Positions 16,633 through 28,209 of a DNA stretch of 43,144 nt are shown piece after piece (position 1 is the first letter of the stretch; each line of letters begins with the position of its first letter). A program made the translations under genes and the position numbers. The stretch covers positions 1 through 43,144 of the forward strand of contig JAHEZO010000003.1 in NCBI GenBank assembly GCA_023250995.1. Direction: 5' to 3'. The notes beneath the pieces are model-generated. The model was given only the letters and a program-made list of their open reading frames with translations. It was not told the DNA's origin and did no database searches. This DNA is from Flavobacteriales bacterium. GTDB lineage: Bacteria; Bacteroidota; Bacteroidia; Flavobacteriales_H; JAHEZO01.

Positions 16633-17882
16633 ATTAGGTATTGAAACAAATCTGGCCGGTCATTTAAATATTCTCCCAGAAAATTTTTGTTTTTCATGCG
16701 GTTTATCAAAGGAGCAAAATCCTCTTTCCTTTTAAGCTCCACCCCTACCACAGCCGGTCCTTTTTCGCGGTTGTTTTTTTTCGAATATTCAAAATAAGTG
16801 ATGTCATCATCCTTACCTAAAACATCATTCAAAAATTCACGCAATGCACCTGCCCGCTGCGGAAAACGGATAATAAAATAGTGCTTTAATCCTTCGAACA
16901 AAAGGGCCCGTTCTTTAATTTCTTCCATCCTGGTTATATCGTTATTGCTTCCGCTGACAATACAAACCACATTTTTTCCTTTAATTTTTTCTGAATAAAA
17001 ATCAAGGGCAGAAATTGATAAAGCACCGGCCGGCTCAATAACAATCGCGTCCTTATTGTATAGTTTTAAAATGGTGGAACAAACTTTTCCCTCAGGGACA
17101 AGGATAAGCTCATCCAAAACATTTTTGCAGGTTTCAAACGTAAGTTGTCCCACCCTTTTAACTGAGGCCCCATCCACAAAAGTATCAATGGTATCAAGAG
17201 TAACCAGTTTGTTTTTTTGCAATGATATTTTCATTGCCGGAGCCCCGGCAGGCTCTACCCCAATGATTTTTGTTTTTGGGCTTAAAAGTTTAAAAACACT
17301 TCCCACCCCCGAAGCTAATCCGCCCCCTCCAATTGGCAAAAAAAGAAAATCAATGGGCTTTTTTGAATCCCGGATAATTTCCAAAGCAACGGTTGCCTGT
17401 CCTTCAATTATTTTTTCGTCATCGAATGGATGAATGAAGGTGAGTTGATTCAAATTGCAAAAGTCATTTGCTTCCTTAAATGAATCATCATAAGAATCTC
17501 CTGTTAAAATAATTTCGGCAAATTCTTTACCGAACATTTTCACCTGATTAATTTTTTGTGCGGGTGTGGTTTGAGGCATAAATATTTTGCCTTTTGTCTT
17601 AAGTGCCCGGCAGGAATAAGCAACCCCCTGGGCATGGTTTCCGGCACTGGCGCAAACAATTCCCTTTTCCAATTGAACTTTGCTGAGGGATTTTATTTTA
17701 TTGTAAGCCCCTCTTATTTTATAAGAACGCACAATTTGCAAATCTTCGCGTTTTAAAAAAACATTTGCCCGGTGTTCCTCAGAAATGTTGAGATTAAACA
17801 TAAGGGGGGTGGGAAGAATTACCGGTTGCAGGACTGATGCGGCTTTGTTGATTTTTTTTATGTTACAAATCCATGGAGGCAT
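16629..17882 (-). CDS. ilvA: Threonine ammonia-lyase (biosynthetic threonine dehydratase)
   Basis: 417 aa with SYKIRGAYNK (PLP lysine), ASAGNHAQGVA, PIGGGGLASG and a C-terminal ACT-like regulatory domain. It is the last gene of the ilv cluster. Confidence 0.9.
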   Translation of the reverse strand: MPPWICNIKKINKAASVLQPVILPTPLMFNLNISEEHRANVFLKREDLQIVRSYKIRGAYNKIKSLSKVQLEKGIVCASAGNHAQGVAYSCRALKTKGKIFMPQTTPAQKINQVKMFGKEFAEIILTGDSYDDSFKEANDFCNLNQLTFIHPFDDEKIIEGQATVALEIIRDSKKPIDFLFLPIGGGGLASGVGSVFKLLSPKTKIIGVEPAGAPAMKISLQKNKLVTLDTIDTFVDGASVKRVGQLTFETCKNVLDELILVPEGKVCSTILKLYNKDAIVIEPAGALSISALDFYSEKIKGKNVVCIVSGSNNDITRMEEIKERALLFEGLKHYFIIRFPQRAGALREFLNDVLGKDDDITYFEYSKKNNREKGPAVVGVELKRKEDFAPLINRMKNKNFLGEYLNDRPDLFQYLI

Positions 17883-18041
17883 TTTACTACTATATAAATA
17901 AAGTTTTTAAATTGAGTTTTGGATAAGGTTTAAAATATCATTCTAAAAATAAAAAGGTTTACTTTTTCATCTTGCCACAAAAACACAAAAGCTGTGTTTG
18001 CACTTTCTTTTTATGCAAAACTCAGGCTATTAATAACCATC

Positions 18042-19088
18042 TCATTTATTTCCCGGCCGGAGTTTTCTAACCTGAGCACCTGCCTGCCAAAGTTCGGAAT
18101 CGTGAATTTCCTTTAATTCTTTCGAGAGGTTTTCCCTGTAATCAGGCTTTTTATTTGCCCTGATCACTATTTCGGCTTCCTTGCCGGTTGCAACACTTTG
18201 ATATAATTCTTCGAAGAGAGGAGTAACAATATCCCTGAAACGATGCCTCCAATCGAGGGCGCCACGCTGGGCGGTGGTGGAAGTGTTAGCATACATCCAA
18301 TCCATCCCGTTTTCGGCCACAAGAGGCATTAAACTTTGAGTTAGCTCTTCCACCGTTTCGTTAAAAGCCTCGGAAGGAGAATGGCCATTTTTTCTTAAAA
18401 CGTTAAACTGGGCTTCAAACAAACCAGCCAGGGCTCCCATTAAAATCCCCCTTTCTCCGGTAAGGTCTGAAAATACTTCTTTTTGAAAATTTGTTTCGAA
18501 TAAATACCCCGACCCCACTCCAATTCCAAGTGAAATTACCCTGTCTTTTGCCTTTCCGGTAGCATCCTGAAAAATGGCATAGCTGGAATTTAACCCTTTC
18601 CCCTGAAGAAATAATCTTCTCAATGAAGTACCCGAACCCTTGGGTGCCACTAAAATTACATCAACATCAGCAGGGGGAATTATCCCTGTTTGTTCCTTAT
18701 AAGTTATACCGAACCCATGCGAAAAATACAAGGCCTTACCTTTTGAAAGGTGCTTTTTAACTATAGGCCAGCATTGGATTTGCCCTGCATCGGAAAGCAA
18801 ATACTGAATGATGGTGGCTTTTTCACAGGCCGCCTCAAGATCAAAAAGATTTTTTCCTTCTATCCATCCATCTGCCAGGGCATGATCCCATGATTTCGAA
18901 TTTTTCCGTTGGCCCACAATAACATTAAAGCCGTTATCACGTAAATTAAGCGACTGCCCGGGGCCCTGAACTCCGTACCCAATTACCGCTATCACCTCAT
19001 CTTTGAGAGTATCCTGTGCTTTTGCAAGGGGAAACTCCTCTCTGGTAACAACGTTTTCTTCCACTGAACCAAATTTGATTTTTGCCAT
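18042..19088 (-). CDS. ilvC: Ketol-acid reductoisomerase (class I)
   Basis: 348 aa with IGYGVQGPGQSLNLRDNG (NADPH site) and conserved KARI C-terminal blocks (SHGF, LFEAQ, ETVEEL). Confidence 0.95.
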   Translation of the reverse strand: MAKIKFGSVEENVVTREEFPLAKAQDTLKDEVIAVIGYGVQGPGQSLNLRDNGFNVIVGQRKNSKSWDHALADGWIEGKNLFDLEAACEKATIIQYLLSDAGQIQCWPIVKKHLSKGKALYFSHGFGITYKEQTGIIPPADVDVILVAPKGSGTSLRRLFLQGKGLNSSYAIFQDATGKAKDRVISLGIGVGSGYLFETNFQKEVFSDLTGERGILMGALAGLFEAQFNVLRKNGHSPSEAFNETVEELTQSLMPLVAENGMDWMYANTSTTAQRGALDWRHRFRDIVTPLFEELYQSVATGKEAEIVIRANKKPDYRENLSKELKEIHDSELWQAGAQVRKLRPGNK

Positions 19089-19156
19089 AAAATAAATTAA
19101 TTTGTAAATGATTTAATTAGCTAATTAGTTAACAAGTTAATTACTTTCAAAACTTT

Positions 19157-19729
19157 TTATCCCTGGTGTGCTTCCTCCAGTTCCTTTAAATAAATTGATA
19201 ATTCTTTCATCGGTTTGGTGATAGCCACTCTACCGGACCTTGCAAATTCGAGAACTCCAAAAGGTTCGAGTTTTTTAAATAAAACCTGTGTTTCGTGCTT
19301 ATGCCCTGTCTTTTCAATAACAATATAATCTCTTGCCACTGAAAGAATCCTGGCATGATTATCACGCACGATTTTTTCAATATTGTTCTCACTGTTAAGG
19401 GAGGAGGTTTTTAGCTTGTAAAGAGCTATCTCCTGATGCACAACATCCCGGTCTTCGTGAACAAATGCCTTTAAAACCTCCACGAGTTTTTCAATTTGTT
19501 TAACCACTTTTTCTATTTGCTCCCTGGTGGTTTTGCAAACAATAGTATACCGGTGTACATCCTTTATTTCCGATTCTGAAGCGGTAATACTTTCAATATT
19601 CAGATGTCTCCGTGTAAAAATTATTGTGATGCGGTTAAGCAGGCCGATTTTATTTTCGGTGAAAATAGAAAGGGTAAAAACTGTGCCTTCCGATGCGTCT
19701 CCGTTTTGATGAACCTCTGTTTTATTCAT
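19157..19729 (-). CDS. ilvN: Acetolactate synthase small (regulatory) subunit
   Basis: It has the ACT domain FTLSIFTENKIGLLNRITIIFTRRHLNIESITAS. I place the start at the ATG at 19727-19729 (MNKTEV). The ORF-track start at 19753 is a TTG reading through an A9-G-A9 tract. Confidence 0.85.
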   Translation of the reverse strand: MNKTEVHQNGDASEGTVFTLSIFTENKIGLLNRITIIFTRRHLNIESITASESEIKDVHRYTIVCKTTREQIEKVVKQIEKLVEVLKAFVHEDRDVVHQEIALYKLKTSSLNSENNIEKIVRDNHARILSVARDYIVIEKTGHKHETQVLFKKLEPFGVLEFARSGRVAITKPMKELSIYLKELEEAHQG

Positions 19730-19753
19730 GTTTTTTTTTCTTTTTTTTTCCAA

Positions 19754-20049
19754 AGAGACGCCCTTGTAGGGCGTCTTTACGGTTTTATCGTGCCTTCCTG
19801 TTCGATGATATCCTCCTATAGGACGCCCTTGTAGGGCGCCCCTACGGTTTTATCGTGCCTTCCTTTGCGAGGATATCCTCCTATAGGACGCCCTTGTAGG
19901 GCGTCCCTACGGACCTATCAGATCTCATGGTGGGTGCCCTTCCTTTCATGCCTGGAGACGCCCTTGTAGGGCGTTTCCATGGGACTATCAGATCTCACGG
20001 TGGTTGCCCCTCCTTTCATACCTGGAGACGCCCTTGTAGGGCGTCTTTA
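19754..20049. repeat. Array of five GACGCCCTTGTAGGGCGTC palindromes at 65-70-bp spacing (REP/BIME-like), between ilvB and ilvN
   Basis: The palindromes start at 19757, 19822, 19887, 19957 and 20027. The two 65-bp units are near-identical to each other (...TACGGTTTTATCGTGCCTTCCT...GATATCCTCCTATAG). The two 70-bp units are also near-identical to each other (...CTATCAGATCTCA-GGTGG-TGCCC-TCCTTTCAT-CCTGGA). Confidence 0.9.
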
Positions 20050-20069
20050 CCGGGCTTATACGGAAAGGA

Positions 20070-21815
20070 CTACTCCAGCCTTATCTCCGATACTGAAGCC
20101 CCTGTTGGTATCATCGGAAAAACATTGCCTTCTTTTTCTACCACCACCTCTAAAAGAAAAGCCTCTTTATGTTTCAGCATTTCTGTAATCGAGTTTTCCA
20201 AAAGGCTTCTTTCGGTTACTTTTTTTGCATTTATCCCAAATCCTTTTGCAACGGCCACAAAATCGGGGTTTGTCATTTCGGTAAAGGAATATCTTTTTTC
20301 AAAAAACATTTCCTGCCACTGACGAACCATACCAAGGAAATTATTATTCAGGATAACAATTTTTACTGCCGCTTTAGTTTGAGCAATGGTTCCAAGTTCC
20401 TGCAGGGTCATTTGAAAACCACCGTCACCAATGATGGCAATAACCTGTTTATTCGGGGCAGCAGTTTTTGCTCCTAAGGCAGCCGGAAGTGCAAAACCCA
20501 TGGTTCCCAGTCCACCCGAAGTAACATTGAAACTTTCATCTTTGTAATTAAAATACCTCGAAGTTACCATCTGGTGTTGCCCCACATCCGAAACAATAAC
20601 AGCATTACCATTGGTTTTTTCGGAAATGATTCTAATTGCCTCAGCCATTTTTAATTTTCCGGAACCCGGGTGCAATTCATTTCTTCCAACTTTTTCGAAT
20701 TCCAATTTATTTCCTTCATCAAACTTTTGCAGCCATTCGGCATGAGAATTTTTTTTCGCCAATGGTATAAGGGCTTTCAGCGCCTCTTTCGCATCGGAAT
20801 TAATGGCAACATCAACCTTTACATTTTTGTTTATTTCGGCCGGATCAATTTCAATGTGAATTATTTTTGCCTGCCGGGCATACTTGCCCAAATTCCCCGT
20901 TACCCGGTCGTCAAATCGCATCCCGATAGCAATAATTACATCGCTTTGGTTGGTTAAAATATTTGGAGAATAATTCCCGTGCATTCCAAGCATCCCTGCA
21001 TAAAGAGGGTGATTTACAGGAAAACTTGAAAGGCCAAGTAAAGTACAGGCAACGGGGATTCCGGTTTTTTCAGAAAATGTTTTCAATTCTTCTTTTGCTC
21101 CTGAAAGTAATACACCCTGGCCAGCCAATATAAGTGGTTGTTTCGCATTGTTGATCAGTTTGGAAGCAGATTCAACAGATTCAGGGTTAAATTTTGGAAA
21201 AGGAATATAACTTCTGATTTTTCCACATTTTTCATATCTGAATTCCAGATTTCCGAACTGGGCATCCTTTGTAATATCAATGAGGACAGGACCAGGCCGA
21301 CCGGTTTTTGCAATAAAAAATGCCTTGGCAACTGCCTCAGGAATTTCCTCTGCTTTAGTAACCTGGCAATTCCACTTTGTAACCGGCATAGATATTCCGA
21401 CAACATCGGTTTCCTGAAATGCATCGGTTCCGAGAAGATGAGAAGAAACCTGGCCTGTAATACAAACAAGAGGAGTAGAATCAATTTGAGCATCGGCAAT
21501 TCCTGTAATTAAATTGGTTGCTCCGGGCCCAGATGTGGCAAAACAAACTCCGGGTTTTCCGGAAACCCTTGCATAACCCTGAGCGGCATGAACAGCTCCC
21601 TGCTCATGTCTTACCAGAATGTGATTTATTTTATCCCGGTAATCATAAAGTGCATCGTAAATGGGCATTATTGCCCCTCCCGGATACCCGAAAATTGTTT
21701 CAACATTTTCTTCTATCAGGGAAAGGATTAAAGCTTCAGCACCGGTAATTCCGGCATTTTTCTTATAAATTTTTTTAGGTTTTGTAATAGTTTTTTCTTT
21801 CATTTTATAATCCAT
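20070..21815 (-). CDS. ilvB: Acetolactate synthase large (catalytic) subunit, biosynthetic type
   Basis: 581 aa with [14 protein letters not shown] and the ThDP motif [13 protein letters not shown]...[10 protein letters not shown]. The alternative ATG four codons downstream (MKEKT) would remove the 11-nt overlap with ilvD. Confidence 0.95.
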   Translation of the reverse strand: MDYKMKEKTITKPKKIYKKNAGITGAEALILSLIEENVETIFGYPGGAIMPIYDALYDYRDKINHILVRHEQGAVHAAQGYARVSGKPGVCFATSGPGATNLITGIADAQIDSTPLVCITGQVSSHLLGTDAFQETDVVGISMPVTKWNCQVTKAEEIPEAVAKAFFIAKTGRPGPVLIDITKDAQFGNLEFRYEKCGKIRSYIPFPKFNPESVESASKLINNAKQPLILAGQGVLLSGAKEELKTFSEKTGIPVACTLLGLSSFPVNHPLYAGMLGMHGNYSPNILTNQSDVIIAIGMRFDDRVTGNLGKYARQAKIIHIEIDPAEINKNVKVDVAINSDAKEALKALIPLAKKNSHAEWLQKFDEGNKLEFEKVGRNELHPGSGKLKMAEAIRIISEKTNGNAVIVSDVGQHQMVTSRYFNYKDESFNVTSGGLGTMGFALPAALGAKTAAPNKQVIAIIGDGGFQMTLQELGTIAQTKAAVKIVILNNNFLGMVRQWQEMFFEKRYSFTEMTNPDFVAVAKGFGINAKKVTERSLLENSITEMLKHKEAFLLEVVVEKEGNVFPMIPTGASVSEIRLE

Positions 21816-23478
21816 CAGTTAAGCATCCTTCGGATGCAGTTGAAACAGACTTGGCGAATTTATACAATGCCCCGCTATTTACTTTTAATTTTGGTTGTTT
21901 CCATTTTGATCTTCGTTCCAAAATTTCCTTTTCGTCAAGATGAACTTCAATACTGTTTTTGGTTGAATCAATTGTAATTTCATCTCCATCTTTCAGAAGT
22001 GCAATCATTCCGCCATCCTGGGCTTCGGGGGTAATATGCCCAACAACAAAACCATGTGTTCCCCCGGAAAACCGTCCATCGGTAATTAAAGCCACATCGT
22101 TTCCTAAACCAGCACCCATTATAGCAGAGGTTGGCTTTAGCATTTCGGGCATCCCCGGACCACCCTTCGGCCCTTCATACCGAATTACAACCACATCGCC
22201 TTTCTTAACTTTGCCATTTAAAATCCCTGCGGTGGTTTCGAATTCACTGTTAAAAACCTTTGCTTTGCCAATAAATTTTTCTCCCTCTTTTCCGGTAATT
22301 TTTGCTACAGCACCTTCTTTAGCCAGGTTGCCAAAAAGAATCTGAATATGGCCGGTTTTATTTAGTGGATTACTTAACGGTTTTATTACATCCTGATTTT
22401 TTGGAAGGGGTTTTATTTTTCTCAGATTTTCTTTTAGGGTTTTCCCGGTGATGGTTAAACAATCTCCATGAAGAAAATTATTTTCGAACAAAAGCTTCAT
22501 TACTGCAGGAGTGCCACCAATGCGGTGAACATCTTCCATTAAATATTTTCCGCTGGGTTTTAAATCGGCAAGGAAAGGAGTTTTATCGCTGATTTTCTGA
22601 AATTCATTCAGGCCGAATTTTATTCCTGCGGTTTTTGCGATGGCAATAAAATGAAGTACTGCATTCGTTGATCCTCCTAAGGCCATCACAAGGGTAATGG
22701 CATTTTCCAATGATTTTTTTGTAATAATGTCGAGGGGCTTAATATCCTTTTGAAGCAGGTTTTTCATTTCCTTGCCAGCCTCGAAACATTCAATTTTTTT
22801 CTCCTTACTCAAGGCCGGATTCGAAGAACTGAAAGGAAGGGACATTCCCAAAGCCTCTATTGCCGAGGCCATCGTATTAGCAGTATACATTCCTCCGCAG
22901 GCACCAGCACCCGGACATGCATTTTTTACAATGTTTTTAAATTCCCGGTTCGAAATTTTTCCGGCATACTTTTCACCAAGGGCTTCAAAAGCTGAAACAA
23001 CATTGAGGATTTTTTCTTTATAACAACCGGAAGCAATGGTGCCACCGTAAACCAATATCGAAGGGCGGTTCAGCCGGCACATGGCCATCAGGGCACCGGG
23101 CATATTTTTATCACATCCCACCACGGCCACCAATCCGTCATAACTCTGAGCATTCATTACAGTTTCAATGCTATCGGCAATAATTTCCCTCGAAGGAAGG
23201 GAATATCTCATCCCCGGAGTACCCATCGAAATGCCATCACTTACTCCGATGGTGTTAAAAATTAATCCGATTAATCCCGAATTATTGGTCCCGTTTTTTA
23301 CCAAACCGGCTAAATCATTTAAATGCATATTGCAGGGATTTCCATCAAATCCGGTGCTTACAATTCCCACCTGTGCTTTTTTTAAATCTTTTTCCTTTAA
23401 TCCCAAGGCATAAAGCATGGCCTGAGCGGCAGGCTGGGTTTCATCCTGTGTTACTGTGCGGCTGTATTTATTAATCAT
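21805..23478 (-). CDS. ilvD: Dihydroxy-acid dehydratase
   Basis: 557 aa with [21 protein letters not shown] and [14 protein letters not shown], the IlvD/Edd family signatures. Confidence 0.95.
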   Translation of the reverse strand: MINKYSRTVTQDETQPAAQAMLYALGLKEKDLKKAQVGIVSTGFDGNPCNMHLNDLAGLVKNGTNNSGLIGLIFNTIGVSDGISMGTPGMRYSLPSREIIADSIETVMNAQSYDGLVAVVGCDKNMPGALMAMCRLNRPSILVYGGTIASGCYKEKILNVVSAFEALGEKYAGKISNREFKNIVKNACPGAGACGGMYTANTMASAIEALGMSLPFSSSNPALSKEKKIECFEAGKEMKNLLQKDIKPLDIITKKSLENAITLVMALGGSTNAVLHFIAIAKTAGIKFGLNEFQKISDKTPFLADLKPSGKYLMEDVHRIGGTPAVMKLLFENNFLHGDCLTITGKTLKENLRKIKPLPKNQDVIKPLSNPLNKTGHIQILFGNLAKEGAVAKITGKEGEKFIGKAKVFNSEFETTAGILNGKVKKGDVVVIRYEGPKGGPGMPEMLKPTSAIMGAGLGNDVALITDGRFSGGTHGFVVGHITPEAQDGGMIALLKDGDEITIDSTKNSIEVHLDEKEILERRSKWKQPKLKVNSGALYKFAKSVSTASEGCLTDGL

Positions 23479-23480
23479 GA

Positions 23481-26400
23481 TTAAAGTTTAATATATTTTC
23501 TTTTAAATACGCAGTCGGAGCCGGCAGATATTGAAAGCAAAAAAATTCCAGGAGGCAAAGGTGGTAATTCAAGAGTTAATACTGTATCTGAATTCCGCAC
23601 ATTTTTTTCAACCGCCCCCCTGCCGGTAATATCATGCAAAACTATACTTAAATTTTTATGCCCTGCCGGGGTAAAAATTGCAAATTGGGAAAAATCCGAA
23701 TTCGGAAATGCAATTATGCCCGATTCAATGGAGTAACTTACCGATATAGGATTAAATTGTTGGAAACTGCCATTGACATCCACCTGAATTAATTTAAAAT
23801 AATTTATTCCGGCCAGCGGATTTTCGTCAATAAAGCGATAATAATTAATAGTGGAAGAATTCCCTGAGGCACTCATGGAGTCGATGGTAAAGTATGTTTT
23901 TAAATCGGCTGACTTAAGCAGAAGAAAATAATCCGAATTAATTTCGGATGCCGTGGACCAACTGATAAAAATTTTGTTTTCTTTTAAAATAGCGTTAAAT
24001 GAAATCAGGTCAACCTGCAAAGGAGCATTTGATTCATATGCACCCCGCCATGGCCCATTGCATGATCCACATGGAATGGCCACAGTACCCGAAGCCCTGC
24101 TCACTCCATCAATATCCACCGTTATTCCGGTTGTGTTTATTCCATTAGATTTTACATCTGCAGTGGTGGCCGAAGGAACATTTCCGGCAGGGGCAATAGT
24201 AATGGTTCCGTTTATATCATTTGCTCCTTTTGGAATGGCCTGCCAGCCCGCAAAAGAATAATCCTGTGCTGCTCCTGCCGCTCCCCAATGCACGCATTTG
24301 TTTACATTGTCGGAAACTTCGAGATAATTGTAATCCCAGGTTCCTACCGGACTGGATTTTACCTGCTGGAAAGCATAATTAAAGCCGGAACCTCCGGTTC
24401 TTTTATTCTGAAAAATATTATTTTTTACATTGAAAGCAGATCCATCGCTATTATTTAAATAGTATGAACTGCTGGTGGTTGACCCTCCGGATGTTCCTGC
24501 CATTTTAATCGTGTTGTGGTATAATTCGGGAGCCCCGTTGGTAGCTCCTGATCCCCAATAAGAATAAATTCCATACATTGAAACCGAATTGGTATTGGTA
24601 GAATTATCGAGTACCATGGCATTATTGTGGTATTTAAAATTATTCGAGATGGAAGCCGAATTATTATATTGAAAAACTCCTGCAATTATTCCCGAACCTC
24701 CGGTTGAAAGGTTTGAAATTGAATAGATGTGATTTTGTTTAAGATTAAAGCTTGCCCCCGCATCCCCGAAAAAAATTCCCGATATCAAATTATTTATTGC
24801 GGTATTATCGGTAAGAGATAAATCATTGATGGTATTGCCGGTAATGGAATTATCAGAGGATGTCCCATTGGTACATAAAAAATTCAGGGCTGAAACTGAG
24901 GGGGCGGTAGTAGAAGCATATTTTGAAGCTGAAGTAATGTTTGCTATGGAATTATTTGTAATGGCACAATATTGAGGATTTCCGGAGGAAGGGCCAAAAT
25001 AAATTCCGTAAAATTTATTGCTTGTGCCGGTATTTGTAAGGTTAAATTGCCTGATATTATTGCTGCTGAAAGTATATGTATTTGCACCGGCAGGTGTATA
25101 GGAATCGGTGAAATAAATTCCAAATGTTGAGCAATTGGCTGCGATACTAATATTGTTTGAAGAGCTTCCCCCGATTAAATTTGAATTTATTGTTGCAGGT
25201 CCAACTCTCGAATCAACATAAATAAAATAAATTGAGGTGGCTCCGCTAATAGTAATGTTGCTGATAGAGTTTCCCGATATATCAAAATTCCCGGCCCGGT
25301 TATAAACCGTATTACCATTGGAAATTAATTTAAAAGAGGAAGTGGCCGTTGAACTTATATTTGAAAAAACATTTCCTGTGCAAACCAAAAGGCTGTACTG
25401 AACGCCCCCGTTGCTTACCGTTTGATTTAAGCCCAGTTCATTGAGGATTCCATAAATCGGAACTGCAGAAACGGTGGAAATTTTAAAGTTTTGAAAAGTA
25501 TTGTTAGTGATGGTTTGGGTAATGGAAGAAACATTTCTGTCGGAGGTGGTGCTGTAGTCAGTTATCCATTCTTCCTTCATTCCGGCAATAATATCCATAT
25601 TGTCGGCTGCTCCATTTCCAAAAGTATTGTTATCAATAGTGGCATCCACACTGCATAAATTTTCAACCAGGCAAATTTTTCCGGAGGTGTTAGATCCGGA
25701 TACTTTAACCCCCCCCATGGTATTGTACCCCACGTTAACGGCACCGGAAGTACCTGCAATTTTTATTAATGAAAAGGATCCCTGCGACCCTGAATTGGCT
25801 GAATTATCCGCAATGCTTATTCCATCGGAAGATGACCAAACTCCGGATGTTGAGCCAATGGTATTAGGACTTGATTGAGTACCAATGGTAATGGAAGCTG
25901 CTCCGGAGGTATTAATAGCGGTAAACAAGGGGACAGAAGTGCTTGTTGAAGTAAAGGAAATATCGTTGATAATGTTTCCGGTAATCGTAATTGAAGTGCT
26001 TGCCCCTGCATCAATTCCGCTAAAAGTAGAAGCTCCGGTTTGAGTGAGGTTGGTGAAACTATTGTCGGTAATACTAACGGTTGTAGCAGACCCCGAATGA
26101 ATGAAAACCCCGTAAAATTTTGTGGATGTAGTAATGTTTTGAATGGTATTGGTATTTATATCTGCCGTAGTGCCTCTGAAATAAACACCATAAAAAGGAT
26201 CTGCCGTACTTGTCCCCGAACAGGTAATATCTTTTATCTGATTTAAAGAAGCTGAGGGTAAAGTGGCTGTTGAGGATGAGCCATAATCAATTTTTATTGG
26301 CTGGAAGCTGGCACCTGAAGAAGAGCTGGTTTGGTTAATTTGCTGAATTACATTGTTATTTACTGTAAACGTCCCCTGGTATCCGAGGTAAATTCCCTGA

Positions 26401-28199
26401 TGATAGTTTGCAGAGGCAAGAGAAAGATTATTTGCAGGAGAGGATGCTCCTATGGTATTGCCGTTGCAGGTCAAAGTGCCCGAATTATCAAGTTCTATAA
26501 AACTAACCCAGCATTTGGTGGTGGCTGATTGGGTAATGTTTGAAATGGTATTTGAGCTTACAACCAAGGTGCCGCTGCCTGTGGATGATTTTAGGAAACG
26601 CCAGTTTACATTAGAGGCAGATCCTGCGGTAGAAATAGAAATGTCGTTTATAACATTATCTGTTACCGTACATGATTTCCCTGTAGTAGAATTAAAATAA
26701 ATCAGGTTGCCGCTGTTATTATCATTTACAGCCGCATTAAAGTTAATTCCCTGCAAAGTATTATTTGTAATTGTACAGGTGGTTGGTGAGGTTGTTGCCT
26801 GCGTGGATATTCCATAAAAAACATTTTTTATACCATAAACAATATTATTTGATGTTGTGTTTCCAATGGTGTTGTGGTCGATGGTTACCGAGGAATAATA
26901 ATTTGCCGTGGCAACAGTACCGATAAAATATATGGAGGCGGGGGTGGAAGTGCTGGTTATTGAAATGGCCCCGAAAGTATTATAGGCTACGGAAACGGTT
27001 TGAGTGGTAATGGAGGTGGAAGTGTATATTCCCTGAAAAGGAGAAAGAGACGTGTTATTTGCAGCAACAATAATGCTGGCCGTTGCCCCGCTCGTTTCGC
27101 CAAACTGGTTTCCGTTTCCGGAAGAACCGATAATATAATTGCAGCTTCCAAATAAGCTGAAACCGGAAAAGGCGGCTTCTCCCGCAGTGGAATTGGTGGT
27201 GGTTACGCTAATATTTTTAATGGTATTTCCCGAAATGGTTATTGTTCCTCCGGAGGTGCTTGTTCCTGAGGTAACCACCGAAAATGTGTAAGCAGATGTA
27301 TTAAGGGTAAACGGGGTTGCTCCAGCGCACAAGGCATCCTGACCTCCGAAATAATTTCCTGTAATGGTATAACCTCCTCCGCTGGTAAGGTAAACCATGT
27401 AAACTTTTGCTGCAGGGGTAAAGGCGGTGGATTGATAAAAGCTATTATTTGTTATTGAAAAAGAATTGGTATTAGCTGCGCAATAAATCCCCACCATTTT
27501 GAAATCAAATATCCTGCAATTAGTTATGGTATTTGCGCTGTTGGATTTTGAAGCCGTCCCATTTGATAAAATGGCATTCCCCACGAGCTTGGTGTTATCA
27601 TCCGTTCCAATATAACAATTTGAAATCTCGTTATTGTTATTTCCGGAGGAACCGGTGGTGGTCGAAAATATTATTGCTCCGTCAGAAGTTGAACCTGCAT
27701 TGGAGTTATAGGAAAATATCTTAGAATATTTAACGATGTTTGAGGTGGCATCGTTTCGGAATAATACCGTGCCGGCACCGCTGGAAGTGTTGGTATTTTT
27801 AATTACCAGGTCCTCGGTGGTTCCGCTGGCGTTCACTCTGCCATCGAGGGTAACATTATCTGCTCCGTTAAAATCTATTAAAGGTGAAGCTACACTGCCC
27901 GAAAGAGTATAGCCGGTTGCGGTTGGATAAATGGTTAATGAAGTCCAGGAACTTGTACCGGGCTGGTTTAAAACAGCCGATGCATTATCGGTAATGCTGG
28001 TTGTAATGGTAATAACAATGTTGTTCCCTCCCTGCGCCCCCTGGGCGTTAATGGCGGCAAAAGCTAATCTGAGATTTGCATAAGTTCCGTCCGCGCCTGT
28101 TGACCCGGCAACTGTGGCTTGTGAAAAAGATTTCAAAAACATTACAGAAAACAGAGTCATCAAAAAAATAATTATCAGATAGTCTTTTTTTAAAAACAT
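23481..28199 (-). CDS. Large secreted Ser/Thr/Asn/Gly-rich parallel-beta-helix repeat protein with a T9SS C-terminal sorting domain
   Basis: 1,572 aa with signal peptide [27 protein letters not shown], followed by hundreds of residues of NxI/TNN beta-helix-like repeats. The pre-tail module reads [28 protein letters not shown]. The tail reads AFPNS...HDITGRGAV...GIFLLSIS...KRKYIKL. Confidence 0.85.
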   Translation of the reverse strand: MFLKKDYLIIIFLMTLFSVMFLKSFSQATVAGSTGADGTYANLRLAFAAINAQGAQGGNNIVITITTSITDNASAVLNQPGTSSWTSLTIYPTATGYTLSGSVASPLIDFNGADNVTLDGRVNASGTTEDLVIKNTNTSSGAGTVLFRNDATSNIVKYSKIFSYNSNAGSTSDGAIIFSTTTGSSGNNNNEISNCYIGTDDNTKLVGNAILSNGTASKSNSANTITNCRIFDFKMVGIYCAANTNSFSITNNSFYQSTAFTPAAKVYMVYLTSGGGYTITGNYFGGQDALCAGATPFTLNTSAYTFSVVTSGTSTSGGTITISGNTIKNISVTTTNSTAGEAAFSGFSLFGSCNYIIGSSGNGNQFGETSGATASIIVAANNTSLSPFQGIYTSTSITTQTVSVAYNTFGAISITSTSTPASIYFIGTVATANYYSSVTIDHNTIGNTTSNNIVYGIKNVFYGISTQATTSPTTCTITNNTLQGINFNAAVNDNNSGNLIYFNSTTGKSCTVTDNVINDISISTAGSASNVNWRFLKSSTGSGTLVVSSNTISNITQSATTKCWVSFIELDNSGTLTCNGNTIGASSPANNLSLASANYHQGIYLGYQGTFTVNNNVIQQINQTSSSSGASFQPIKIDYGSSSTATLPSASLNQIKDITCSGTSTADPFYGVYFRGTTADINTNTIQNITTSTKFYGVFIHSGSATTVSITDNSFTNLTQTGASTFSGIDAGASTSITITGNIINDISFTSTSTSVPLFTAINTSGAASITIGTQSSPNTIGSTSGVWSSSDGISIADNSANSGSQGSFSLIKIAGTSGAVNVGYNTMGGVKVSGSNTSGKICLVENLCSVDATIDNNTFGNGAADNMDIIAGMKEEWITDYSTTSDRNVSSITQTITNNTFQNFKISTVSAVPIYGILNELGLNQTVSNGGVQYSLLVCTGNVFSNISSTATSSFKLISNGNTVYNRAGNFDISGNSISNITISGATSIYFIYVDSRVGPATINSNLIGGSSSNNISIAANCSTFGIYFTDSYTPAGANTYTFSSNNIRQFNLTNTGTSNKFYGIYFGPSSGNPQYCAITNNSIANITSASKYASTTAPSVSALNFLCTNGTSSDNSITGNTINDLSLTDNTAINNLISGIFFGDAGASFNLKQNHIYSISNLSTGGSGIIAGVFQYNNSASISNNFKYHNNAMVLDNSTNTNSVSMYGIYSYWGSGATNGAPELYHNTIKMAGTSGGSTTSSSYYLNNSDGSAFNVKNNIFQNKRTGGSGFNYAFQQVKSSPVGTWDYNYLEVSDNVNKCVHWGAAGAAQDYSFAGWQAIPKGANDINGTITIAPAGNVPSATTADVKSNGINTTGITVDIDGVSRASGTVAIPCGSCNGPWRGAYESNAPLQVDLISFNAILKENKIFISWSTASEINSDYFLLLKSADLKTYFTIDSMSASGNSSTINYYRFIDENPLAGINYFKLIQVDVNGSFQQFNPISVSYSIESGIIAFPNSDFSQFAIFTPAGHKNLSIVLHDITGRGAVEKNVRNSDTVLTLELPPLPPGIFLLSISAGSDCVFKRKYIKL

Positions 28200-28209
28200 T
28201 TAACAAAAT

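Noticed and set aside
19114-19127. Perfect 14-bp palindrome TAATTAGCTAATTA between ilvN and ilvC
   Set aside because: It sits in a very AT-rich 68-bp spacer made of TAA/TTA motifs. A short AT palindrome is expected by chance there and nothing else supports an operator.
19754-20049. CRISPR-like geometry: a 19-bp palindromic repeat recurring every 65-70 bp
   Set aside because: The sequences between palindromes are not unique spacers. They form two pairs of near-identical units (19776-19821 resembles 19841-19886, and 19906-19956 resembles 19976-20026). There are only five copies, the array lies inside an operon, and no cas genes are present. It is a tandemly duplicated REP-like array.
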